From Nanobdellota archaeon (GTDB taxonomy: Archaea; Nanobdellota; Nanobdellia; Woesearchaeales; GW2011-AR9): 46,263 nucleotides of DNA. Positions 34,589 to 43,400 of this stretch are shown here, one piece after another. The stretch is taken from assembly GCA_030647325.1 (NCBI GenBank), contig JAUSJN010000011.1, positions 1 to 46,263 on the forward strand, read 5' to 3'. The position numbers and the translations under genes are program-made. How positions within the stretch are numbered: position 1 is the stretch's first letter; each line of letters begins with the position of its first letter. The notes under the pieces were generated by a model, which was not told the origin of the DNA, ran no database searches, and worked only from the letters and a program-made list of their open reading frames with translations.

Positions 34589-36700
34589 CTACCGCACTTT
34601 CGCACCATCATTGACACCATGCACCCTGACTTCTTCCAGCGGTGAGATCAATTTCTTGCCGGAATAGAAAACGTGTCCAGCCTGCACAGCCATATTTATT
34701 TTTATGAATTCATCAAAAGTGATCTCCTGATGAGAATTTTCTGTCCCTTCAAAGTGCACTTCTTCTCCGGGATTCATCTTTTCCACTTCCAATAATCCGA
34801 CACGAGCGCCGTCATCGGCCGCTAGCACCATGGCTTCGCTCATCTCGCCGCGCAATTTCGCAGGCTTCATGTTGGCGACAAAGACCGCTTTTCTTCCGGT
34901 AAGATCTTCTTTGCGGAAATGTTTTTTCAGGCCGGCAACTACCTGTTTTTTCCCTAACTGACCTAAGTCAACTTTCAATAAGTACAGGCTATCAGCATTA
35001 GGATGATCTTTCACTTCCAGGATCTTTCCTACAGTCAAGCGCAACGGGAAAGTCTCCTTGCGTACGATCTCCACTTTGTTGACCAATAGGGGAACCTTCT
35101 CGACCTTTCCTTTCCATCTGAAATGGAGATCAGTAAAAGTGCGATTTTTTTCATCCAGGGCATGGAATACTTTTTTACTGAATTCAGGAAGGACAGGATT
35201 GATCAGTATGGCAAGATTCCTGGCCAGATTGACGCACCAGGATACTGCGGTTTTAGTTCCTGGATCATCTTTGTTTTTCCAGGGTTCAGTTTTCTGGAAG
35301 TAGGCATTTCCCATATCAGCGATAGTGAGAATATTCTTGATTGCGGCATGATAATCTTGGGCAAGATAATTTTTCTTTATCTTTTCTGATAAAGATACTA
35401 CTTTCTTAGTCAGCGCTTTGTTTTCCGCAGCTGCCGGCAGTTCCGCATAATTCTTTTCTGCAAAAGTTAGCGATCGATAACAGAAATTACCCAGTTTTCC
35501 CACTAGGACATTATTTATCACCGCAGCGAACTCGTCAAAGTTTAAGTCTACATCAACTACTCTGCGCTGCAAGTGGCTGGCGTAATAAAAACGCAAGGCC
35601 TCTGCGCCATACAATTTGTGGAAATCTTTAGCGGTAAAGAAAGTACCGCGGGATTTGCTCATCTTCTGGCCGTTGACAGTGATAAATCCATGTACAGTCA
35701 ATTTTGGCAGTGGAATGTCCATGGCCATCAATATGGCCGGCCAAAATAAGAAATGGAAATAAGAAATATCTTTACCGATGAAATGAGTAACTTGGCCTTT
35801 TTTCCAGTACTCTTCCCATCTGCAAGATTTATTATTTGTTTTATCCTTCATATTTTTGTTCTTACTTTTGGTATCACAGTAATTCTTGGTGGAAGAGATA
35901 TATCCGATCGGCGCATCCAGCCAGACGTAGAAGTATTTCACTTCACCGCATTCTTTCTTGCTGTTGGGAATCTCAAAACCAAAGTACGGTGCATCTCGAG
36001 AAATACACCAATCTTCTAAGCCCTTGTCCAACCACTCTTTCAGCCAGTTTTTTACTTCAGGCTGCAGATCTGCGCTCTTGGAGTTGATCCATTTTTTCAG
36101 CTTGCCAGCGAAAGCGCTTAATTTGAAAAAATAATGCGGGCTGGATTTAACATGCGGGGTAGTCCCGCAGAGCGAACATTTCGGATTCAGTAAGTCAGTA
36201 CCTTTCAAGACACTGCCGCAGCCTTCACAGACATCGCCGTATTGGTCTGCTATCCCGCATAAAGGACAGGTACCGCGCACATATCGATCAGGCAAGCTTC
36301 TCTGGCACTTCGGGCAATAGATCACATCCATGTTTTTGATGTAGATGTACTTTTTTTTCTTCAGCTCAGCAAAGAAATGCTCGGATAATTCTTTATTCTC
36401 TTTGGAATGAGTTTTATGAAAATTATCAAAAGAGATCAGAAAAGAAGCGGCATCTTCTTGATGCTCTTTCCAGTATTTGTCCACAAATTTTTCCGGCTCC
36501 ATGCCGGCTTTTTTAGCATTTATCTCTATCGGCGTACCGTGCATATCAGAAGCGCAGATATAGAGGACGTCTTTTTGTGATAACCTCAGAGAACGAGCAT
36601 AGATATCAGCCTGGATAGCTTCTAAAAGGAATCCGATGTGCAAAGGACCGTTAGCGTACGGAAGCGCAGCAGTTACAACCAGTTTATCTCCAGATTTCAT
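34589..36700 (-). CDS. metG: Methionine--tRNA ligase with C-terminal tRNA-binding domain
   Basis: ALPYANGPLHIGF, DMHGTPI, four CxxC Zn knuckles, YVWLDAPIGY, KMSKSRG, DHPNADSL...KLRGEMSEAM. Confidence 0.97.
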   Translation of the reverse strand: MKSGDKLVVTAALPYANGPLHIGFLLEAIQADIYARSLRLSQKDVLYICASDMHGTPIEINAKKAGMEPEKFVDKYWKEHQEDAASFLISFDNFHKTHSKENKELSEHFFAELKKKKYIYIKNMDVIYCPKCQRSLPDRYVRGTCPLCGIADQYGDVCEGCGSVLKGTDLLNPKCSLCGTTPHVKSSPHYFFKLSAFAGKLKKWINSKSADLQPEVKNWLKEWLDKGLEDWCISRDAPYFGFEIPNSKKECGEVKYFYVWLDAPIGYISSTKNYCDTKSKNKNMKDKTNNKSCRWEEYWKKGQVTHFIGKDISYFHFLFWPAILMAMDIPLPKLTVHGFITVNGQKMSKSRGTFFTAKDFHKLYGAEALRFYYASHLQRRVVDVDLNFDEFAAVINNVLVGKLGNFCYRSLTFAEKNYAELPAAAENKALTKKVVSLSEKIKKNYLAQDYHAAIKNILTIADMGNAYFQKTEPWKNKDDPGTKTAVSWCVNLARNLAILINPVLPEFSKKVFHALDEKNRTFTDLHFRWKGKVEKVPLLVNKVEIVRKETFPLRLTVGKILEVKDHPNADSLYLLKVDLGQLGKKQVVAGLKKHFRKEDLTGRKAVFVANMKPAKLRGEMSEAMVLAADDGARVGLLEVEKMNPGEEVHFEGTENSHQEITFDEFIKINMAVQAGHVFYSGKKLISPLEEVRVHGVNDGAKVR

Positions 36701-36757
36701 CTTTTTTACTAAAATAAAGAAGTTATTTAAACGTTTCCAAAAGCAGAGACTTAATCA

Positions 36758-37264
36758 TCACTCGGCAACTATTTCACAGTTGCATCCTACCAGATTTCCG
36801 GATTTTTCCTCCTTACAACCATTGACCTTAGGGATGACATTATAGATCACTACCTGATCAGCCCGGTTTATTTCCGATCCATCATCCGCGTAATAACAGG
36901 AGACGGTATTACCGCTGCACTGGACTCCAACAATTTGTAAATCCTTAAACTTCCAGCTGCCTTCAAGACTCCAGAGCTGCTGGACCGCTGGTTTTAGGTT
37001 AGGTGGACAGTTTTCCATAATATTTTCCTTTCCGACTTCTATGGCGGCAGCTACTTTCGCTTCTTCATCAGACAATGCCAGCTGCTTGGTTTCAGCGATA
37101 CGCTGCTGGATAGCCTCTCCTGCTATCGCTTTTATGCTAGTGCGCTGAAGAATAAATACGGTAACCCCAAGAAGGATGATCACAGCGAAAATAGAGATTA
37201 AAAGCCAATGATGCTGAACATGTTTTTGTCCTGGTTTTTGTCGCTTGATATTTTTCTTTACCAT
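36758..37264 (-). CDS. Membrane-anchored exported protein with Cys-containing C-terminal domain
   Basis: Basic N-terminus, TM helix, then AIAGEA motif; six Cys. Confidence 0.75.
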   Translation of the reverse strand: MVKKNIKRQKPGQKHVQHHWLLISIFAVIILLGVTVFILQRTSIKAIAGEAIQQRIAETKQLALSDEEAKVAAAIEVGKENIMENCPPNLKPAVQQLWSLEGSWKFKDLQIVGVQCSGNTVSCYYADDGSEINRADQVVIYNVIPKVNGCKEEKSGNLVGCNCEIVAE

Positions 37265-37331
37265 CTATCTCTATGTACGCCTCTTTAGATAAAAGAAAAG
37301 AAAAACAAGTATTTAATGCTTTCTTCTTTAT

Positions 37332-37491
37332 GGTCTAGGCGGCGACTTTGTCAATCGAAAACCGCCCACAGCTGGTCAATAGACCAGCTGCATGTTCGCT
37401 TCACTCAGGGCGGTTTTCTCGGACCCTGCTTTTTCCGATCAAGGTGGAATCAACGATTTACCACCAGTGAATACACTGATGGAAAAAGCAG
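37332..37491. ncRNA. Candidate structured ncRNA or composite palindromic element
   Basis: Perfect 11-bp stems GAAAACCGCCC/GGGCGGTTTTC and CTGCTTTTTCC/GGAAAAAGCAG with nested hairpins. Confidence 0.45.
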
Positions 37492-37503
37492 ATTCTACAG
37501 TCT

Positions 37504-37935
37504 CTACTTCTCAAACTTCTTTCCTAGATTCCATTTCTGTCCTGCACCGCTCAAGAGCAAGCTTAGATTAGCCAGCAAAAGTAGTAGAACAAACTCATAT
37601 CCGCCATTGAGGATGGAAAAGCCTTTAGGCAAATGAAACACCAGCAAAGCAGTGAGCATATCAACTGCCAATAACGCAGCCGCGTATCTGGTAAAAATAC
37701 CGAGCAATAGTGCAGCACCGCCAAGAGTCTCTACTAAGGCAACTACCCAGGCGAAGAACAAGGCAGCCGGAATTCCTAAGCTGGCAAAAAAGTTTGCCGT
37801 TCCGCCTATGCCTAAAGCAGTAGGCCCTATGGCAAATAATTTACCGACACCATGGACCAAGAAAATAATTCCAACTCCTAACCGTAAACATAAAGTGCTC
37901 CACGACGCATATTTTTTAACCACGTTATCTAACAT
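37504..37935 (-). CDS. DoxX family membrane protein
   Basis: LRLGVGIIFLVHGVGKL...VETLGG..LLLG.FTR.AA...H...GGYEF...SGAG. Confidence 0.93.
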   Translation of the reverse strand: MLDNVVKKYASWSTLCLRLGVGIIFLVHGVGKLFAIGPTALGIGGTANFFASLGIPAALFFAWVVALVETLGGAALLLGIFTRYAAALLAVDMLTALLVFHLPKGFSILNGGYEFVLLLLLANLSLLLSGAGQKWNLGKKFEK

Positions 37936-37948
37936 TTTTCATAACCTC

Positions 37949-38146
37949 CTATCCAACCATCTCAAGCTCTTCCAAAGCGGTATCCAGATGATCAGGATAT
38001 TGCGCCAATACTTCCGCATCGCTTGGTTCACTAGACGATGACTCAGAAACTTCTTGCGGTTCTGCGCACCCGGCGATAAGCAAACCTGAAAAGAGCAACA
38101 GTGCCACTACCAGGATCATTGCAATCTTCATGCACTGCGATTTCAT
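37949..38146 (-). CDS. Small acidic lipoprotein (alternative start 38131, MKIA...)
   Basis: Lipobox LIAGC; acidic tail; ATGA overlap with the upstream gene. Confidence 0.78.
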   Translation of the reverse strand: MKSQCMKIAMILVVALLLFSGLLIAGCAEPQEVSESSSSEPSDAEVLAQYPDHLDTALEELEMVG

Positions 38147-39414
38147 GCTTCCACTTCAGTTTTCATCATCGCTTTTTTCATCAATTCAATCCACGCTTTT
38201 CGTGCTTGCAAGATGATCGCGCGACGCTCTTCTTTGGTCGTCGCTTTATTAAACGCTAATTTTGATTCTTCCATCCTGACCACAAAGGCAGTCACTTCCT
38301 CTTCGCTCAATTTTCCTTCTTCCAGCAATTCTTCAGCTTCTTCTTCAAGGTTGTAGAGCCGGAATTTGATCAAGCCATACGCTTTCTCGCGCAGTTCTTG
38401 ATTGCAGTTTTCACGCTTTCCCGCATCTAGAGCATTGCAATTAGCTTTCTCAGTGAGAATTTCTCCCAACTTAAGCTGGCGCCTGACACAGGCAATTCTT
38501 GACGGCCCGTTAGGAAAGTCCCAGCATTCCTGCACTGCGGTATAGACCTTGAGACATTGTTCTTGGTCAACAGAATTATTTCTGGCCTTGCATTCTTCCG
38601 GGAAAAAATTTTCATATTCATCAGCTTGCTCTTCCCGCAGCTGCAGACGGCATTTCACTCTATCCGCGATATCCAGATACCCGCCGCATTTCAGTTTCTG
38701 GCCGTTCTGCTCTTGTTCTGGTATAGCAACGCTCTCTTCTCCGCTGCAATTTATTTTTGAGTAGACATAATATTGACCGACGCATCGCGGATGCGATACC
38801 TGCATAGTCTCGATTGCTGGGGATAATTCTGCCTCCAGGACAAAGGTGCCGGAGGAATTTTTGGTGATCTTAAAATCTTTAAGGTCAGAAGAGATTGAAT
38901 TTTTAGAACGCTTAAACAGGCGCGAGGAATCCTGTTGCTTGAATTGATAATCTAGATCTTCTGAAGATGTTCCTATGCCTTCCAAGACAAAGCGGGTATG
39001 TATTTTATCTTGAAGCTGTCGGCATTCCTGTAGCTGCAATTTCATCAAGGTACAACTAAAAGCCAGACCCGGACATTCAACCGTCTTATTGCCAGACTTA
39101 GGATCCTTCACTTTATACTTGCCGGCTTTGACCATCAAGGCTTCATCTGAAGTGAATTTATTGCTCCTCCAGCTGCCGGAGACTATTTTCTCATTTCCAT
39201 CCGGATCATCGATGGTAACTCCCCATACTGCTCCACTAGTGAAACTAAGGATGCCAGTGTCGCTGCATTTTAGATCAGAATAAGGAGAGATGCCTCCGCT
39301 CCCACCGCTACCTCCGCCTCCTCCACCGCCGCCACCGGCAGCGATAACTGAAACTGAAGTTAGCAGAATAAGTAAGGTAAAAAGAAGGTACAGATATTGT
39401 TTTTTTACATCCAT
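38143..39414 (-). CDS. Secreted Cys-rich protein with poly-Gly linker and C-terminal helical bundle
   Basis: Signal peptide, G10-SGGSGG, many Cys, acidic helical C-terminus. Confidence 0.85.
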   Translation of the reverse strand: MDVKKQYLYLLFTLLILLTSVSVIAAGGGGGGGGGSGGSGGISPYSDLKCSDTGILSFTSGAVWGVTIDDPDGNEKIVSGSWRSNKFTSDEALMVKAGKYKVKDPKSGNKTVECPGLAFSCTLMKLQLQECRQLQDKIHTRFVLEGIGTSSEDLDYQFKQQDSSRLFKRSKNSISSDLKDFKITKNSSGTFVLEAELSPAIETMQVSHPRCVGQYYVYSKINCSGEESVAIPEQEQNGQKLKCGGYLDIADRVKCRLQLREEQADEYENFFPEECKARNNSVDQEQCLKVYTAVQECWDFPNGPSRIACVRRQLKLGEILTEKANCNALDAGKRENCNQELREKAYGLIKFRLYNLEEEAEELLEEGKLSEEEVTAFVVRMEESKLAFNKATTKEERRAIILQARKAWIELMKKAMMKTEVEA

Positions 39415-39816
39415 CTACGCTTTGGAAGATTTAATCCCTTTTAATTTTTTCGTTACCGGGATCACTTCACTGCAATGCTGGCAAGTGACTACATACGATT
39501 GGACGCCTTTGTAGTTTTTCCGCTTGTACTGGCCGACTGACTCGCCAGCTTTCTTACAATACGGGCAAGTATATTTGGCCTCTATCTGCAGACTTTCTTC
39601 GTGTTCTATTTTTTCTTCCTTATAGTGACAAGCTGGACATTCGTATTCTTCAGCTCTGGTCTTTACTTTTCCCTTCACGACCGGCTTGCCCATCTTGGCT
39701 TTCTTGCATTTGGGGCAAACTTTCCTATATACCCAGGCCGTCACTTCACCATCGCCTATAGAACGGTTGGTAAAATAGATGCATTCATCCATAGATTGGG
39801 GAATTTTTAGAGCCAT
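39415..39816 (-). CDS. Double zinc-ribbon protein
   Basis: CPKC, CPAC, CPYC, CQHC; AAGGTGA SD before ATG 39816. Confidence 0.82.
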   Translation of the reverse strand: MALKIPQSMDECIYFTNRSIGDGEVTAWVYRKVCPKCKKAKMGKPVVKGKVKTRAEEYECPACHYKEEKIEHEESLQIEAKYTCPYCKKAGESVGQYKRKNYKGVQSYVVTCQHCSEVIPVTKKLKGIKSSKA

Positions 39817-39817
39817 G

Positions 39818-40045
39818 TTAGTCACCTTCTGAGATTTTCTCTTCTAGACTACTTTCCAGACTATTTTTAATACCTTCGATGCTAAAGCCGCCTAACTGAT
39901 TATCAAATACATAGGTTAAGCCTTGAGGGGGAAAATCTTCCGTATTTGGAAAAATATCAATTACCTGACTTTGGTATTTATGACAAAATGCTTCTAGGTA
40001 TAATGAATCAGTATCTAAATACATTAAAAAATCATTAGGTCTCAT
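39818..40045 (-). CDS. Small hypothetical protein
   Basis: ATGA overlap with the upstream gene, ends 1 nt before the next start; exactly fills the operon gap. Confidence 0.55.
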   Translation of the reverse strand: MRPNDFLMYLDTDSLYLEAFCHKYQSQVIDIFPNTEDFPPQGLTYVFDNQLGGFSIEGIKNSLESSLEEKISEGD

Positions 40046-40860
40046 TGTTGTATCCGTTTTAATTCAATAGATATTGCCGGTCGGTTTAACCTGATATATC
40101 TCGGACATTCTGTCCAAGGCAGGTTATTATTTTTACAGTAATATATAATTCTTTCTTTTTGCTCATTATCTTCATATTTAACTACGATTACAAATCCAAT
40201 ATCTTTTTTATGGACGATCTCATGCTTTTTTAGATCTTCAATTATTTTTTTTCTTTTCTGGGTCAAAAAAGAGATCCTTTGCGGAAGTTCTTCCAGTTTT
40301 TGTGAGATTAATCTAAAAGACTCCTCTTCATCAAGCGCTTGGATGGAATTTTTTATCTCTTCAAACAAACCCTTATCTTTAGTAGAGATAAATCCACCTG
40401 CTTTCGCTTCCACTAATTTCCATTCTCCGAAGCTTCCTACCAGGATATCAGCATACTTTCCATCGCATAATCTAGTTCCGATAGAGCCTGAAACATCCAT
40501 GATTACCAGACAGCCATATTTTTTGCAAAGATTATATATTTCTTCCATGGGCTGTTCGGCAAAGTAGCCGCCAGGATGCTGATAGAGCAAGGCGCCGCAG
40601 GGATGTTCCTGAAGCTTCTTCTGTAGGTCCTGGATATTTATTTTTGCATCATCGCACTTGACTTCAATTACAGCCAATCCCAGTTTTTTAGAAATCTTAG
40701 GATAACTTAGCCAGCCGCCTTCTTCCGGGATGAGAACAGTCTTATCTTTAGGGATGACCGAAAGTGCGGCAGTGATGGCCGCATCTCCTCGCGTAGTGAT
40801 ATCTATGAAATCATGCCCGGTCAGTTTCTGTAGCGAGGAGATTATTTCCTGTTTGATCAT
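40042..40860 (-). CDS. DegT/DnrJ/EryC1/StrS-like PLP-dependent transferase (short form)
   Basis: TTRGDAAI..AL, VIMDVSGSIG, VGSFGEWK...GG (PLP-Lys motif). Confidence 0.75.
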   Translation of the reverse strand: MIKQEIISSLQKLTGHDFIDITTRGDAAITAALSVIPKDKTVLIPEEGGWLSYPKISKKLGLAVIEVKCDDAKINIQDLQKKLQEHPCGALLYQHPGGYFAEQPMEEIYNLCKKYGCLVIMDVSGSIGTRLCDGKYADILVGSFGEWKLVEAKAGGFISTKDKGLFEEIKNSIQALDEEESFRLISQKLEELPQRISFLTQKRKKIIEDLKKHEIVHKKDIGFVIVVKYEDNEQKERIIYYCKNNNLPWTECPRYIRLNRPAISIELKRIQQ

Positions 40861-40922
40861 AAAAGCCATAAAGAAGAAAAACAACAGTTTATTTTTAAGA
40901 ATTTGCCCAATTATCTCTTAGA

Positions 40923-42065
40923 TTATCTTTTATGACTTCTTTTCTTTCTTTTCTCGTTGACGCCAACGCCAAACTTCAGGGCTAAAACTAATTTCTGCAT
41001 CACTTTTCTTCTGGAAGCAAAACCCAGCAGATTAGATTTCTCCAGCACCGGAAGGAAGTCAAGATTCTGCTCAGATAAGGTCCGATATGCGGCATAGGCG
41101 GAGTCGCTGCTGCGCAGGGTGCTGATTTTAGATAAAGGCATAGCTAATTGCTTTAGGGAAATCACCTTTTGCATTTTTGTTGGCATGGGACTGAGATTCT
41201 TCAGGTCAAGAATTCCGGAGAAGGAGGCATTTTTGACTAGAAACAGTTCCTCATCACTATCCTTATATCTCTCCAGAAATTCTGAAAAGCGCATCGACGG
41301 TTCAAGGACGGTATGATTTTTGATCAATATCCTGGCCACAGGAATCTTACTAAGGACATCTTTCACCAGCACCTGCTCATAACTCGCTCCGGCGATGAAA
41401 TATAAGAACCCACCGAGCAGGATCAACCATAAACCTCCGCCGGAACCGCTAGTGATGCTGATGGCGCCAAACAAGATCAGGAAAATCGCAAAAGCTCTTC
41501 CGCCTAAGACCGCGATGCGGGTCGCTTTCTTCAGATCTTTATAATAAGCATTAAGCAAGGCGCGGAACGCTCTTCCGCCGTCGAGAGGATAACCCGGAAC
41601 AAGGTTGAACAAAGCAAGGATCAGGTTAAGCTGATACAAGTAAAAGGTGATAGCGGTCCAAAAGAGATCTCCATTCAAAAAATAGATGAGATAAAAGACA
41701 CCAAACAAAAGCAAGGAGAATAAAGGCCCGGCGATGGCCATGAAAAATTCCGTGCTGGGCTTAAGATCCTCATCATCGATGCTCGCTACGCCGCCAAAGA
41801 AAAACAAAGTGATGCTTTCCACTTTTACTTTTTTAGCTTTGGCGACCAAGGAATGGCTCAATTCATGGAGCAGCACGGAAACGAACAATAATATTACCGA
41901 AATTATCCCCATGATCCAATAGGTTTGGTTTTCCAGACCTGGAAAAAATTGCGGGAAAAAAGAAGAAGATAGATTCCAGGCCAGTAGGGCGAACACAAAC
42001 CACCAGGAAAAGTGCAGCTGCACGTCAATGCCAAAAATACGGAAAAGTTTAGTAGTGCCGCGCAT
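40923..42065 (-). CDS. Site-2 protease (peptidase M50) with degenerate CBS domains
   Basis: HELSH, FFFGGVA, AIAGP, NLVPGYPLDGG. Confidence 0.95.
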   Translation of the reverse strand: MRGTTKLFRIFGIDVQLHFSWWFVFALLAWNLSSSFFPQFFPGLENQTYWIMGIISVILLFVSVLLHELSHSLVAKAKKVKVESITLFFFGGVASIDDEDLKPSTEFFMAIAGPLFSLLLFGVFYLIYFLNGDLFWTAITFYLYQLNLILALFNLVPGYPLDGGRAFRALLNAYYKDLKKATRIAVLGGRAFAIFLILFGAISITSGSGGGLWLILLGGFLYFIAGASYEQVLVKDVLSKIPVARILIKNHTVLEPSMRFSEFLERYKDSDEELFLVKNASFSGILDLKNLSPMPTKMQKVISLKQLAMPLSKISTLRSSDSAYAAYRTLSEQNLDFLPVLEKSNLLGFASRRKVMQKLVLALKFGVGVNEKRKKRSHKR

Positions 42066-42122
42066 GGGTTATGAGGGGGATAGAAGTTTAAAAGAGTTTG
42101 TTTTCATTTAGGAATAGGAAAA

Positions 42123-42800
42123 TCATTTTATCTTCTTCAAAGTCGCATTAGTGTTTTTCAATTGCTGCTGGAGACTGGATTTAAATTTTTTACGTAGAGA
42201 AACAGATGGACTTCGGTACATCTTCCGAAGCGTAGTATAGAGCTCCTTGTACTTTTCCAAAGTGAGATTCATCATTTTTCCACGGATCTCAAAAAATTGA
42301 GTCGGCATTTTACGGATGGTCAACCATAAGGCGCTTATAACAAATAATGCCAGAACAGGAACTTCCAGGTATTCAGGAACCATCATCCTCAATTCAAAGA
42401 AGGTAGTCAGTGGAAAAAGAGCAATATAAAAGAAGATGGCAAGTACCAGCCAATAGAAAGAATGGAGCGGATGGATATAACCCTGAAGATGGAATCTTGA
42501 AGCGGAATAGTCCCAGAGTTTTAATTTCAATACTCTTTCGGTGAAGATACCGCCGACATATTCTACCGCCACTAAAGCCAGAGAAGCGATGAGGATTTGT
42601 ACGACGGGGGACAAGGGTTGTAAGATTTTGAAGAGAAAAATAAGAACTAATCCACCAAAGCCATAGATCGGACAAAAAGGAGCTTTGAAATATCCCGTAT
42701 TGGACCATTTCCGTTCTGTCGCAAAATTGTAGAGCAAATCAAGAATGCCGCCTATAAAAGAGAAAATGAGAAATTCCAGGATTAAAATAGTTGCGGACAT
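42123..42800 (-). CDS. Putative ABC transporter permease-like membrane protein (DUF1113/CmpB-like)
   Basis: FLIFSFIG, GYFKAPFCPIYGFG, VEYVGG, LWDYS...HLQGYI. Confidence 0.85.
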   Translation of the reverse strand: MSATILILEFLIFSFIGGILDLLYNFATERKWSNTGYFKAPFCPIYGFGGLVLIFLFKILQPLSPVVQILIASLALVAVEYVGGIFTERVLKLKLWDYSASRFHLQGYIHPLHSFYWLVLAIFFYIALFPLTTFFELRMMVPEYLEVPVLALFVISALWLTIRKMPTQFFEIRGKMMNLTLEKYKELYTTLRKMYRSPSVSLRKKFKSSLQQQLKNTNATLKKIK

Positions 42801-42840
42801 ATAACATTATCAAGAAAACAAATGAGACATAAAAATATAT

Positions 42841-42936
42841 CTAATCTATAGTGAGGGCAATAAATATTCGAATAAATAGATTGCCCGAACTATATTAGAA
42901 AGCAAGAAAGATAAGTTCGATTATTTCTTACTTTCT
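42841..42936. other. Tandem long imperfect hairpins in intergenic region
   Basis: TATAGT-GA-GGGCAAT/ATTGCCC-GA-ACTATA and AGAAAG-AAGAA/TTCTT-CTTTCT, both with TTCGA at the apex. Confidence 0.5.
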
Positions 42937-42972
42937 CTATATCCTTTCGCCATAGTCAGTCATTTATGATAA

Positions 42973-43350
42973 TTAACCATTAATAACAATTATGCCTTGC
43001 TCTTCTCCAGGAGCATATCCACCTTCCACATCTATTGATTTAATATTCGGATTATCAATAGTAATGGCCAATTTCTTTTCCAGTCTTTTAATTTTAACTG
43101 CCTGAGCGGTTTGCAGGAGACGGTCCCTGGTGACTGTTCCTTTCAGTGAGGGAAGGTATTTTCTTTCAACAGCGGTAGCTTGCCCGGACAAGGCCTTGGC
43201 CTGGCTGCTCTCATCGATGACTGCGTCCAAATCTTGGTCCGACAACGTATCTAACCCTGCTTCCAGTTCCTCATCAGAAACTTGGGGAGCACAGGAAACT
43301 AAGAGCATGGCCGACAAAATTACTATAACAAATAAAAATTTCCTCATCAT
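42973..43350 (-). CDS. Acidic lipoprotein
   Basis: GAGGTG SD; lipobox LVSC; ALSGQA motif. Confidence 0.8.
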   Translation of the reverse strand: MMRKFLFVIVILSAMLLVSCAPQVSDEELEAGLDTLSDQDLDAVIDESSQAKALSGQATAVERKYLPSLKGTVTRDRLLQTAQAVKIKRLEKKLAITIDNPNIKSIDVEGGYAPGEEQGIIVING

Positions 43351-43400
43351 AAACACCTCTTTTAATGTATTTACTAAGAAAAAAAATCAACTATAAATAT

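Noticed and set aside
37357-37418. Hammerhead ribozyme (minus-strand CTGAGTGA...GAA)
   Set aside because: The core does not fit CUGANGA/GAAA, stem II is missing and there is no NUH cleavage triplet.
37316-37636. 106-aa plus-strand ORF
   Set aside because: It overlaps doxX in antisense and a highly palindromic region, and lacks protein-like features.
39290-39340. GGN/CCN repeat as a DNA repeat element
   Set aside because: It is simply a poly-Gly linker with mixed codons.
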